Assembly (NCBI GenBank): GCA_036172245.1
Contig: JAYWIR010000017.1
Coordinates: 62,001-126,000 of the forward strand
Direction of reading: 5' to 3'
Source of the DNA: Raillietiella orientalis
Lineage: Eukaryota
Length of the DNA stretch: 64,000 bases
The notes beneath the pieces were generated by a model. That model ran no database searches. It had not been told where the DNA came from and saw only the letters and a list, made by a program, of their open reading frames with translations. The position numbers and the translations under genes were made by a program. This document shows positions 1 through 12,450 of this stretch, one piece after another (within the stretch, counting starts at the first letter, position 1; the number at the start of each line of letters is the position of its first letter).

Positions 1-1930
1 AAGAAAACGTAATGAAAACAGCAGAAAAATGAAATAAAATTAGGATATCACAGGATAAAATGCAGTTAATAAATCATGATCAGAAAAAACATTGAGGTGC
101 AAAAATTTTCCAGTTACAGATATTGAGTTTTTATCAGAAAATTTTCTCTTCAAAACTTTGAATGAAGTTCGTGAGGATTATTAATCATAAAGTCCAATCA
201 TTGTGGAATTCTAAATTATACTTTCCCGATGACAATGGGCAAAGGCATTGAGTGAGTGAGAGTGATCGATCTCTTTGAGTACGTCCTTAAAATGAATCAC
301 AATATCATGAAGAGTAGCTGACGTGTTCTTAATCACTTTACTCCTTCCTTAGAGTGACATTTCACAGGTTGGCCATTTTCAATATCATCAGCAGCTATCG
401 AAAATTTGAATTCTAATTTAACACTCTTGATAAATTGAGAAATTCGTCTGTAACCATTTGTATACATCATAATGGGGCATACGTGTATACTCGAGACAGT
501 ATCACTCCGTTTCGAAATTCGTGCATTTGCATGTGAATTTATGCAGCTTATTCATACGATAAGTCGAAGTTTCCAAAACAGAACAAATTTTATTGCGTAA
601 TGAAAGCATAACTATAATCTTGTATAAAACGTACTATTCCTAATCGTCTCCCTCACTACTACGGGGACAGTTCAGTAATCTGTGGAATCGAGGTTGGATT
701 CCATGTGCTTTTCCTTGGATGTCAAGGAAATCTATTGAGAAACAATATTCAGAAATCTATTCCATTTGCTTAATATATTCGAAGACTATCAGGGGACTAT
801 TAAAGTGAATGTAGAGTGATTTGATATGATCAACTGAAACTATCTCAAGTACTCAAGAATCCTCAGACCACGCGAAAAATGCAGTCTCAATTTCTATGGA
901 TATGAAATACAGATATTTCCATAAAGATCTGATACATGAAATGCAACAAATGAAAGAAAGAAGTCCGTGAAAAAAGATGCAGTTATGGATCATACTGTCA
1001 TTTATGAAATCTCAAGGAAACTTGAAGTAAGAACAATTAAAATAAAATATGAAGCCCTTTTCTATGTTAAAGCGTCGTCGATATGGTATGGATCTAAGAA
1101 GGGAGCTATCTTTAAGAAACAAGGTTTAAGCAACTTTTTGGTCGAATTTTTGTTTCTGTAAGTCGCACTTCGGGACAGTTGCTCTTAGTCGCAATTTCTA
1201 GTTCTGGAATGACTACCCACAATTTTCGGTCACTTGGAATTAGAATATATGCGATTTGAAGTATATGAAAGCAACCAATCTATCAGATCTTGTAAAGAAA
1301 TAAAAACAAGAAGCATTTAAGATGGGAGACTAGATTCCAGTATGGCAAGGATCCAAAAAGCATTCATGCTTCATACCAACTTGCTTTTGAGAATTCACTA
1401 GATTCTGTAGAGCTATCATCTACTATTCCGCTCAACAAAAGTGCGTTCTAAAGTCTTCATCAGGAAATTACACAAGGACCTCCTGCAATTATTTCCTCAA
1501 AATTGGAGTATCATGCAATAGAACCAGAGAATTCAAGGATTAATTCTAGAGTAATTTCTGTGGTAGAAGAAAGTGATTAGGAATTCTGAGACTTAGCTCA
1601 GAAAAGAATAAGGGAAATAATTTCCGTCATATTTTCCAAAGCTAATCTCTGAACATTTTTTGTCTCAGAGCTGATTACGTTGCGACAAACTGGAAAGAAA
1701 GCTTTGCTGATCATATTTATCTTATCAAAGCAACTATGGTTTGATACTTATATGCTTCAAAAGTTGATTAGCAATACTTATTTGGCTCTGATCGCAATTA
1801 CCAAAATACACTAATAGAACCATAAAAACCTTTCGAAGTCGAGTATCCAGATAGTTACAGGAAAACAGGACGCATGTTTTCGTTATTATATGTAGTTCAG
1901 CTTGATTACCATGTTCGAATCTCGATAACT
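1..1930 (+). pseudogene. Highly decayed, AT-rich orthomyxovirus-like PB2 endogenous viral element (EVE)
   Basis: Blocks in PB2 order that match other copies in the window: KQYSEIYSICL..RGL (~740; cf. EGYSEMEVLARGL ~8140), SYQLAFENSLDSVELSS (~1371; cf. LCMSFESLDSCFLQAH ~51300), SIQIVTGKQDAC (~1845; cf. DIQINGRPFSC ~10280). Many stops and frameshifts; ends approximate. Confidence 0.45.
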
Positions 1931-2123
1931 CCCTCAATGCAATAAAATGATAAAAAACCGTATCAACAGTCCGTTATGGGTATTTAAACAGTAAGGCAAT
2001 AATGCCTAGAAAAGGTTGAAATACTTGTTGTGAAAAGTGCTTTAAACAATTAAAAACGAAAAATTATTGTTGGAAAAACTCAAAAGAGATCCAACATATT
2101 TTGACTTCTAGTTTGATTGAAGA

Positions 2124-2851
2124 ATGGATAAAAATCGAATATGCATGACCCGTTCTACAAACTCCTTAAAACGAATGGGACCTCATTGCAGCATTCTTTG
2201 CATGCATGGTTCCTTGCACAAATCAGGCTATCAGATACCCTTATCAATAAAAGCTGCAGATAGCACTCAACACAGTCAACAAAATTCGTCTGCAACTAAC
2301 GAAAGGCGTACCTCAGTACTCCTGGTAAGCAAATTTTGTCTTCAGGCAATATTCTCTCTTAGCATCAACTTGGATGCATTGATAAGCGGATTGCCCATCT
2401 ACGCATAAGAAGACGTAGCTTGGAAAGGAATAATGATTTTATGCAACAACAAATCAAGACTGGAAACCAAAAATGTTTCAAAAAACTTAAAGAAATCTTC
2501 CAAAAGATACGAGAGGAACATTCCATCATACAGAATCTGCTACCTGACAGTGCAGAAGATGAGAAATTAGAAGCATGCACAAAAGAGATTATTCATCTTC
2601 AGACTGAGAGTGAGCAGCTTGATAAACAAATCAGCATGGCACAGAGAACTGTGCAGATGTATGAAGAAATGTTAGTTTGTGATCCATCATCAAGAAATAT
2701 TGAGATGTTAGCTCACCATTTGGCATGCAAAGGGATGTTAGTGTTGAAAAAACTCCTGTCAACTAAGTGCCATTTTTCAACAGACAAACGTGCTAGGATA
2801 TATGAATTGCTGAAGGATAATGTAATACAGCTGTTGAAGAACACCACGTGA
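2124..2851 (+). CDS. Uncharacterised two-exon coiled-coil protein (~229 aa)
   Basis: Exon 2124-2324, a 38-nt GT..AG intron (2325-2362), then exon 2363-2851 in frame with the 143-aa ORF. Helical E/K/Q/L-rich sequence; AATAAA at ~2904. Confidence 0.6.
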
Positions 2852-2975
2852 TGTTTCTGAACAAAAGATTAATATTTGCAGAAGAAAAAGGGAAATGAGA
2901 GTGAATAAAAGCACAGTCCAGCTTTACAAGTCCACAATATTTTATTAGAGACTCTAAGTATGGCCATGTTTGAAT

Positions 2976-4510
2976 TCACTCATCCTTTACGAACTTCCAC
3001 CTGTTCCTATCGTAATCCCATTTAGATGCTAAACCATCAACTGGGTCTTTTCTCATCTGGATCAGGAGTTCCAATTCTTTTTTGCGATTCTCTGGACTGC
3101 AGGATGCTGGTAAGGGAGGCATCACTGCAAAAGAATTCAGTATGATACATGAAAGCTTTGGTTTTCTTTCTAAAAGAAAAGCTTACCAAAATACTTGATG
3201 CCCATAAACATCCATAAGCAAAGAGCTAAACCAATTAATGAGGAACCTATTGCGAACTTCCAATCTCCAGTAGGAGCTTGAACTTCACTTAGAGTTTGTC
3301 TGAAGCTAAACCTATATAGCTTCTTCTTTTCTTCCAGAGTTAGATTTCGCCAGTCACCCCTTTCTTTAGCTCTTAAAATCTTAAAAGAAATGTTAGGCTC
3401 ACCTATTCTAAAAACCTTTCTGCAAAGGAGTAATTCACTTAATTACCACATAAAAAGAATTTACCAAACAATGCAGGTATAAATTTATTCTACTAATACG
3501 AAAAATTGATTTGTATTTTCAGAGTGAGAAGAAGTACATACTCCTTAATCTAAACTGTTTACATTACTTAGTACTTTCAACACTATTTACATATAATCTT
3601 ATAAGTATCCATGTGAATTTTCCAATGTTTTTAAAATACCAAACTTGCATATATCGACATTCTTTCCTTCAAATTAGATGGACCAGATTATGGAACTTGA
3701 TAAAGCATACATAAAGACAAACACTGATTGTACAACTGCACTTAATACCCTTGCTAATTTACACTGCATATTGAGAATATTAGACAACAGAATACATATG
3801 CCTGTATTAAAAAAAATTAACAAAATTTTACAAAATATTTTAAATCATTTATGGAAATCTTGTAGTGCGAATGCTTGAATCCCAATAATTTGCTTAATGC
3901 TTCGTCTACGTTTATGCTAACTCTTTTTCAGTTTTCTCTGCATATGATTATGCAAACAATAATTCTTATTAGGGGGGGAGGCGGTGCATTCATGAAATGC
4001 ACAAGTCAACAATTTTACTATTACAGAAGTATACATGGAAAAACTACAGATACGTAATATTAACAGCCAACGTACAAATTTGCAAATGATATTCACACGC
4101 TGTAAAAACGGCTATCTCAGACTGTGAGAAATAAAAATTCCACTCTTTAGCTGGTTTAGGTTAACACTACTTCAGTACACCCACTTTGGAAAAATGACTC
4201 TTACAGAAATAAGTTAGAATATAACAAATGAAAGGCAGTTGGGCAAGTTTGACGTTAAACCTCACATTATTAAATGACTTTCAAGGTACAAAAAGCATTA
4301 TGAACTCACTTCCATATCTGGAGATGGTTCTCTGAAGCGTATTGCAGGATACGGAGAATCCGTCCTGTCCGCGTAATTGTATGATCCATTGAAACCAAAC
4401 CCCACAACTTCACGGGACCCTATTTGCCTTCTACCATGATAATTACATATTTGAATCATATGAATAATTTCATTGTGTCTTCTAGGGATTAAACAATTTA
4501 ATGCTTGCAT
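2976..4510 (-). CDS. COX4: Cytochrome c oxidase subunit 4
   Basis: Exons 4510-4310, 3379-3187 and 3124-2976 with GT-AG introns give IGSREVVGFGFNGSYNYADRTDSPYPAIRFREP / LRAKEKGDWRNLTLEEKKKLYRFSFRQT / DPVDGLASKWDYDRNRWK, typical of arthropod COX4. Confidence 0.95.
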
Positions 4511-5319
4511 ATCAAATGTTAATTCTCTGTGGAGAAGACCTGAAATTTGAAAAGAAAATCCCAGTGCAATAACATTCCTGGAAAGAATAAGATAAACATA
4601 CTATTCGACAGCCATTCGTACCTTTTCAAGAACAAAATACATTATTACACAAAAAATTCATGCATCAACAAAGTCAACATTGCTTCAGAGGCATCAAGCT
4701 ATTTGATATTGATGCTTCATATTGCCTTACATTATTACCAAGTTATTTTGCATAATGAAGAAACATGGTAAAAAATTGAAGCCATGCTTTCCTTTCTGCA
4801 GCATTATTGTTAATTAAAATTCCTTGCTCTCAAAATAGAATGGATATGTGCACTGTATCAACAAATATTAAAACCTTATATTAAAACGAAATTTGTATCC
4901 AGGTTTAAGTCTGTTTCTCTAGTTTTTTAAACTAAAAACCAGAAGTTTACCGGAAAGTCAGAGAATTAGTATATTCTTCCATCTATGTTATTTTTTTCAT
5001 TAAACAAGTGTTTCTCAACAATTATGTATGTGTTCTAGATACAGTAGAGCAGTATGGAATTGTGGCATAGCTATTTCGTTTTGATATTTAAATATTTTTC
5101 AGAACACTTTACAAGAGAATCTGCTCTATGAAAGTACCATTGTTGCAACGAACAGCATAGTATATGTCATAATACTGAAGCAGAGTTTCGATGCATCTAA
5201 GACTCCTTCCTCTTTATTCTCGATTGTCACACTCTTCTCCCCTTTACCTTCTTTCCTTCTTCCCTAAATCAAAGCGACACTGAAACCTCACTTTGTGGTA
5301 AGCAAAACCATATCGCTCA

Positions 5320-6110
5320 TGTTTCCTGTCATCTTAAAAGCTTGAAAACGGAGAATAATGAGGGAGAAACCGTCCCTGGTTTATCTCAGAGATCAGAATC
5401 CTATTTGTCTCCAAAAAGGGAAAGAAAAAGTAAAGGAAAGAAAAGAAGGAAACGGAAAAGGAAAGGAATAAGAAGGAAGAAAAGGAGCTAATAATTACAA
5501 GTCTCTTCACTGGCTTTCCAACTATGAGAGTCAGTGCAACAATGAGAAACAAAGACACAAATGACCTAACACGAATGAAATCCTTTATAAAGTAAGCCAG
5601 CAAAGAACTGACCATCAGGAGGAAAATATTCGGCTGCTATGGAAGAGGTTCATCGCAGGGAATCATTTTTATCGTATTCATAAAAATGAATGATGCTGCG
5701 TAGATCACTTAAAGCCAGGCGAAACGTGGAATGCAAACGATTTAAATTCCTATGAGCTGTTTTAGAATCAGAGAGTCGAAGAGAGTTAACCTCGTCAAAT
5801 TAGTGTCTGAAGAATGCTCTGTGAAAATGATATCGGGAGTGACAACTCTCACAGTCGCGTGAGAATCGTGAAGCAGTGTTCGAACCGGTTAGATGAAGGG
5901 AGTAAGGAAGTCATTTCAAGAGACAGAAGCGATCACCAACCAAACACACGACAGAACTGGACCCATTTGACATCTCTTCTATTTTGAGAAGGAAACTCCC
6001 ACGTCCACTGAAAATTTCTTCTAGGGTTGAGACATGCCCTTCCCCCATCATCTCGAAGTCTTCTGATTCATTGGCACCCTATTTAACCAGTGAAGAAGAC
6101 TACGAAAAAG
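5320..6110 (+). pseudogene. PB2-like N-terminal EVE fragment(s)
   Basis: EENIRLLWKRFIAG (~5620) matches ENRETLWEKFAAV (~34060, -) and DVDELWDEFIVQ (~36830, -). HTTELDPFDIS (~5945) is homologous to the opposite-strand fragment at ~6430. Confidence 0.45.
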
Positions 6111-6214
6111 AAAATGTATAATAGCTTGGAGACTTCTCAGTGGTCTTCCGAGTGTGCTCCGCAATGCAGAATTGGAAACCTAAGCTGCAGTATACGACAA
6201 CTGCGCGGAGGATC

Positions 6215-6550
6215 TTACAAAGAATCTGGAAGCAGAGGTGACTGCACTATCAAGTGAAGAACTATTGTTCTCGAGATGTTTGGATCGCACCAAGGGAAAG
6301 ATTTCTGAAGGAAGGCATGGTCTCTGTAAGCCAAGCAAATGAGAGAGAAGTCAGCGAGAAAAATCAACCCAAAGGTTCCTTCAGACGAGAGAGTGGGAGT
6401 TTCTTTTGCAAAGCAGAAGAAAGAGATGTCATATGGGTCTAGCTCTGTCGTATGTTCGATTGAAATGACTTCCTTGATCGATTTCAACACCATCATTCGT
6501 GATGTCTCCTTATTTCTCTTCATCTGATTCGGTCCATGTGCAACGAGCAT
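6215..6550 (-). pseudogene. PB2-like N-terminal EVE fragment, inverted relative to its neighbour
   Basis: KEVISIEHTTELDPYDISFFCFAKETPT; the nucleotide sequence aligns with 5904-6003 on the opposite strand. Confidence 0.45.
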
Positions 6551-6559
6551 TGGCGGTAC

Positions 6560-7000
6560 AAGAACCCAAAGGGTGAAGGAGGCTTGCAGATGATTCTAAT
6601 GATTGTGGAGGATCATCATCTGATTAGTGTGGTCTGCCTCCATCGTTGATTTGATTCGTTTTGTGGTCACATATTGACCTGACTTTTTGTCAGAAGATCA
6701 AAATGTCACTCTTATTGCAGATTAGCTTTCTTGTCTTCTGGGTTTCTTCTCTCTCCTTTTCTTCCCGCTACAACTTTATGAATGCAAGTTCTTCCGGTCT
6801 GAGAAAGCTCTCACCTTGAATCTTGAACTCTTGTATTCTTTAAATTCAGCTCCCAATGCTCGCATAAGATCGAGTTTTTATTCTGCGACTACTTTCAAGC
6901 AGCCTTCCTGAAGAAATCTGGTCATGTGCAGAAAGCTAATATCCTGACGAATACCACATCCATTTCAAACGCGGAATACAAGACGGAATGAAACGAAAAG
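6560..7000 (-). pseudogene. PA-like EVE fragment
   Basis: EFKIQGESFLRPEELAF (cf. influenza PA GFIIKGRSHLRNDTDVVNF) followed by PQSLESSASLL (cf. LQSLQQIESMI). Confidence 0.5.
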
Positions 7001-7027
7001 TTGGGTTCATTGGAAAGCTGGTTCTTT

Positions 7028-7067
7028 ATGTCAAAATAAACAGACATCAATCTGTTTATTTTGACAT
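7028..7067. repeat. Perfect 17-bp inverted repeat with 6-nt loop
   Basis: atgtcaaaataaacaga-catcaa-tctgtttattttgacat. Confidence 0.95.
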
Positions 7068-7789
7068 TGCTAAAGGTGAAGGATCATGCCTTCATTTCAG
7101 CTAGTTAAAGGTTAGCTCAATTTTGCCAACAGGAGGCCAAAATTGGAAATAAGACAATGGAAAGCTTGATGGAAACAAATTTCTAGGAGAACACATTTAA
7201 ACAGTTGTAGATCTAAGAAATTTGGGATGTTCCATGAAGTTTTTCTGGATTATTTGGATGGTGTTTGTATTTCTTTAGAATCAGAGAGCCGACAGACTTG
7301 AGTAATCAATGACCAGAAGGGATATGGTGCGAAAGATGTATTTCTATTTGAAGAGGGGATACTCTTTCCCTCTAACTCTTAGTTTGTTTTCATAAATAAA
7401 TGTCCCGGCGTAACGGGGTAAGAACGTATACATAGCACGGGAAGTTGTGTGTGCTTCTTAGTGCTTCAATTAATTAGCTCTTCAACTGGATCTATTTTAA
7501 ATCCAGTTTTAGTATAAGTACTGACCTAGTTCTTCGTACAGTCGACCGTCACTGAACTCAGAAAGGTTTCTGGACACGCATCCTCGAAGTGAAATGCATG
7601 GTGATGTTTATGAAACTGCAAACTGTGTTCAGAAAAGCACGGAATCAACAGCATTTCACGCTCTTTGCAGTTTCCTTTGCAGTTATAGCAAGATTGCTAA
7701 TGACAATCATAGTTGATTGATCCAGTTTGTCCAAGAATCTGCTTGGATTCCTTCTATAATCCTTCCGATTCACAGTCCGACTTAGGCAG

Positions 7790-9700
7790 CCATAGGATAA
7801 CAAAATGATCTTCGAAGGTCAGATTAAAAAAAGTAATCCTCTTTCCTCGTCTGTACCACGCACTTCCCTCTAGGTTTCTCAGCATGCAATAGGACCCCCG
7901 AGCAAAATTAACTGATCCCCGTCTCAGATACATCTAAATGACTTGCTCTCCACTTTTAAAATCGCCGCTCTTTTAACCTTGGTACTGTTGATCTGTTTCT
8001 ATGAGAGACCGAAATTAGAAACCGAGAAGAGAATATGGAGAGCGTGGAAATTTCTAGGACAGAGTAGGTCTGTTCATGAGTGGAGCTCTAGACAAGAGGT
8101 CGACCCTTTGTAAAAAAAAAAAAAAGGCATGTCCGAGGGGTATTCAGAGATGGAGGTCCTGGCTCGAGGACTGTACCAAGTTGTTAGGCTTTCCTTCAGT
8201 GTGGTCCAGCAACCAGGATGTACTTTTCCCAAGAGCTCACGATATGAAATCAAGTGCCATCATAAAGACGATTCCTTTTGGCAACTGCTGCATCGTGTCT
8301 CTTTAGAAATAAACGGGCATCCTACAGTATGCAGGAAGAGCTCAGAGGATGTTCCACTGTTTGGAAGGAATCTCCGCTTCCTCTCAAGGGACGCAGGCGG
8401 ATCAGCATTCGGAAAGGATCCGTGATAGAAATGAAACAGAGTAGGCGGCACAATGTGCAAGGAGTGAGCTTCAGAAGACCATCCCTACTATCTAGAGCGA
8501 AAGTTATCTTCACCTCGGAGGAAGGACTGTAGCGAACTAATCAACTGACAAGAAGCGCATGGGAAATCCATTTATTTTGAAAGGATCATAGTAGGGAACT
8601 GGAAAAGGTGCCACCCCTCATGAGTTGCAGAGAAGAATTGCTTTTAGGCTCGAAGCTCCTCTCTCCTCCTTCCTTAGAGCCGTCATCCCTTCGGCAGAAA
8701 CTCTCCGGCAAAGCGAGGAGCAGTGATACAGGAAGAAACCAACCTCAGGAGCTCTGTTCACTCTTTCCAACACGCTGTTTACGAGCGAGCGACCGCATGA
8801 GCCACATGTCTTCATGTTTCTTTAAGTCCAGAACAAAAACTCCTCCTTCTCTTCTGATGGTTAGGTTGGTGCGGCAAAATAGGTGCTCCTATCAACGGCA
8901 GGCTGTCTCTATCCACGACGCCTGGCTCGTGGGTCTATTCCCCTCTCTGGACCCCTCAGAGGATTTCGAAACCCAGCCAGCCTTCTTTTATTAATAGACT
9001 CCCTTGGTCAAGTGTTCCAGAGTTACAAGGAGGCTCAGGGAAAGAACGTCCCTTGCAGAAGACAAAAGAACTTTGGCGATTTCGACTCGTCTTCTCGTCA
9101 TTCTCCAGTCGCATTCAGAAGGGAAAAGCAATCCTCTTCGCCTCATACAGAAGTCACAGCTCATATACGGAACCGAAAACTCAGTTAGGATACACTTTCT
9201 ACAGCTGATTGATCTAGCGTGACACGAATTATTGTCCCGTTCTCTTCAAAAACCTCCCAAAACATGTACCATTAGGGTCTCCGATACAGAGTGATTACCA
9301 CTAAACTCCTCAGAAACCTCTTCGATCCAGGCACTATAGAGCAGGATCGCTTCCAGAGGACCACAGAACCTTCCACTGCCAAAGGATATCAAGATGTACG
9401 GAAAGGGAACTGCTGCTTTTCCGAGAAGGAGCTAGCCTCACCTTTCAAAGAGTGAAAGTTCTGTCGTCCCTATGGTTTTATTTTTCTAGCATTTCGTTCT
9501 TTCCATTGATGTCAAGAAAAGGGATGCAGACAAATGATAGAGGGCAATCCTATTGCCTTTGCGACTTCATCAACCCTCATGATGCAGCAGCAATGCTAGA
9601 GTACGACAGATGACCAATCCAATGCTTCCAATGTACAGTTCGGAAATATTGGATGTTTAGGCATACCATTTCTCTCCTGACATGCTCCGTCTGTTGCTGC
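7790..9700 (+). pseudogene. Near full-length decayed PB2-like EVE
   Basis: Ordered blocks GQIKKSNPL (cf. GRQEKNPAL), EVLARGLYQVVRLS (cf. IIAARNIVRRA), PLFGRNLRFLSR (cf. FSFGGFTFKR), PASLLLLIDSLGQVFQSY (cf. SSSMMWEINGPESVLVNTY), LRYRVITTKLLRN (cf. QYSGFVRTLFQQ), QMIEGNPIAF. Broken by stops, frameshifts and an A-run. Confidence 0.6.
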
Positions 9701-9769
9701 AGAATTTCCACCTCAGTGTTTTGTAGTTTGTTGGATCCCTACATCCTAGGGATCTTATAACGAACGCTC

Positions 9770-10330
9770 TTACTGTTCCGCTCCCATTGAAGGAAAAGAG
9801 GAGAGTCGGTGTTCGGAACTCGCCCTCCGCTCACTGCCTCGTTTCTTCTGGAGCTGATGCCTGATGCTCAAAGAGTCATGCGGCGTCAGACGTATGATTG
9901 TCCTTTCTTCGTCTTGGAGCACGACGTCTGACTTCTGCTTCCAATCTGCTCCTGGGATGGGCTGATCGGAGATCACCAAATCCCACTGTTTCTGGGCCAT
10001 CAGGTCTGCCATTCACTGAGTCTTTCGTTGACCTTGGGTGTATTGTCGGCGCCCTACGGATATGTCGGCGCTGCGGATTCTGCGCAAGCGATAGGCGGCA
10101 TCCCGGGTAAGCGATGGTTTCACAGGCAGCAGGTTGAGTCCCCCTCAGCTGCCACCGAAACCGAAGGTCGAGTTGCGCCCACAGGGATAAAATGCAGTGT
10201 GTGTGCGAGTCTCAGGTGTTCGCCGTTGAACAGATGAAGCTTTGAAGAGCGATGCCGTCCAATGCAAGAAAATGGCCTACCGTTGATCTGGATGTCTTCC
10301 CGCAAGGGATGTGTCAAATCGTGCGCCGTG
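9770..10330 (-). pseudogene. PB2-like C-terminal EVE fragment
   Basis: HPLREDIQINGRPFSCIG...LFNGEHLRLAHTL...WDLVISDQPIPGADWKQKSDVVLQDEER...KKRGSERR, ending in a basic NLS-like stretch. EHLRL recurs at ~34800 (-). Confidence 0.55.
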
Positions 10331-10449
10331 CATGAGGCAATTTTCTATCTGATGTGAGCGAGGAAGAGTTTTCCGGCCGCGGGGACTCTCGTCTCTGTTT
10401 ACAAGAGGACGCAAACCCAGGAGTTAAAGGACTCCTGGATTCCTAAAGG

Positions 10450-10910
10450 AATGAGAATTTATCAGTCCATGGAAGTCCGCCCCGGGTTCGAGAAAGTACC
10501 AACAGTCTAGATTTTTTCGTGGATGCAACGGGACCAATTAAACCACTCCGCATCAGAGGTTACTCTCCTTCGTCCTGCAGCACCGGATCCGTGCCCGGAA
10601 CGCTCTGGCTGTCGGTTGTATCTAGCTCCCAGCGCCTGCGCGTGTTTTTCCTAATGTGGGTCAACAGCTCATCTTGCCTCTCGGGCTGTCATCGACGCAC
10701 TTGTCGCGGATGAGACTGTCGATCCCTATGCCATCTGTGGAAGTGCTTGGCAAGGAAATGCCCATACAGGAGGGTGACTCGTGACGCGTGGATGAATTCA
10801 TAGCCTGAGGAACGGTGTTCGCCGCTGAACGGAAACTGTCCAACGCAGGACATGCCTTCCATTGATCAGGATTCTTTCCATCAAGGGATGTCCATAATGC
10901 CCATAATTTC
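10450..10910 (-). pseudogene. Second, diverged PB2-like C-terminal EVE fragment in tandem
   Basis: HPLMERILINGR / SCVG..FSGEHR / WELDTTDSQSVPGTDPVLQDEGE. DNA at 10814-10891 aligns with 10214-10312. Confidence 0.5.
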
Positions 10911-10949
10911 TTTCCTCACATGTGTGTTAAAAGTGGAGTTTCCTGAAGC

Positions 10950-12450
10950 AATTTCCTTACTTCCTTTTCAAGCGCTCACTTCACCTTAGCTCAGCCAAGT
11001 TTCTCTGTCTATCTCGAATATGCCAGTAATGTCCTTGCTGAGTTTGTTCCATTTTCCATAGTCAGCTCTGGGCATGAATTCGTCAAATCGGCATCTGCTG
11101 GTGGTGCCTAGTCATTCATCTCCTGAACACAGATCCTAGAGCTTTGAGGGGATCATTGTCTCTCCAGATCCTGGGAAATTGAGAGTGTGAAGCAACTATT
11201 TATCTCGAAGCTGTCGGCTCTCATCAGGTAGATGGGGGAAACCGGGCCCTTGACCTGTCGCAGCTCACGTATCCATTGGCGACCCTGTTTGGGACATTCT
11301 GCGTTTTTTTGATTAAATACTTGGTACGGCTGTTCAGGAACATCCAACTGATTTCTTGGAAATTCTCAGCTGTTGGTAGGGTTAGAAATGGTTCTCATGG
11401 TATCCTGTTTTTACTGTGGGACAACATTTCCTTAGCTATCTGCTCTCGGGCCCCTATGGAAACAGACTTGGTCAAAAGGGCTTCCTTTAATATCATATAC
11501 TCCGCAGTAATCTAGTAATGAGACACTTGCTTTTCTGATCCTGAATGCAGTTTTCCTTAGCTCTCTTGGTATCGCTGCTCCAAAGTGCAGCGGTGCATAT
11601 TGGTTTGGATTAATGGATAGCCAAGTTTTCACGAAGTCCACCTTCTGATTTCTTCATCAAGACCGGATCATCTGCATAGGTAAATACAGTCTCCTTCAAA
11701 AGATTCCGCAATCCTGCAAAGGATGGCTTCGATGGCAAATCTAAATGGCATGGAGCTGAGAGGGCATTTCTGACGCAATCCCCTGCAAATTTCAATGTCT
11801 CTTGTGACTTGTGACTCCTCCTGCTCAAGCGTGCAGGCATCTGTGAACAATCGTTGATGATGCCTTCGAAGATTTCTCCTCCTGTATCCTCTCTCTGAGC
11901 CCTGTGCAACAGTTCATTCGAAATTGTTACGAATGCATTGGTTAAATCGATAAATACATGTACTGCGATGATCTGCTAGAGTAGTTGAGCTTGAAAACGG
12001 GCATCGGCTGGTTGAGACAGATTGCGTGTGCATCCAGAACCAGTAACGAACCAAATGAAGGTAAGCGCTTAATTTTTGAAAGAACGGAACCACAGACCCT
12101 TCAAAGGCAATCCTCCCCGCAGAGGTACGAACGTAACGAAACCAGAGGTGCACCGGTGCGCATGCAGGTTAGCCTGCATTCTGAGAGAATTAATTAAATC
12201 AACCAGTAAAGGATTTCTTCTGCGAACAAGTTGTTGCAACATTTTGACAAAGGTAGTTTGAGGTGCTTTAAAAACCAGCCAAGTGTGTTCTTATTACCTG
12301 CCGAGAGTGCATCTGCGTGTGTGTAATGGAAAATGTGCACTTGAAAGCGTTACATATAGGCGGACCACGAAAAATCTGCCTTACGATATCCTTTGATGAG
12401 GAATGACAACAGCAGTAAGATTGATCCCCAGTTATGGAGGCTTCAAGAAA
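10950..12450 (-). mobile_element. Decayed non-LTR retrotransposon reverse transcriptase (R2/NeSL-like)
   Basis: RT motifs in correct order and spacing: LVDLINSL..SGFVTFVP, RIAFEGSVVPFFQKL, FVTGSGCTRN, VFIDLTNAFVTISNELL, G(DCVRNA)LSAP, FTYADDPVLMKKSEGGL, WLSINPNQ, YCGV. Stops and frameshifts present; clade assignment is tentative. Confidence 0.8.

Noticed and set aside
5301..5321. AGCAAAAC...ATG as a preserved orthomyxovirus segment terminus
   Set aside because: Short, common in AT-rich DNA, and not seen consistently at other copy starts. A motif search across all copy ends would be needed.
11930..12110. SKIKRL...YSSRSSQYMYL as a Mononegavirales L methyltransferase end
   Set aside because: The other two frames carry LINE RT motifs in the correct order, and there is no GxGxG motif upstream.
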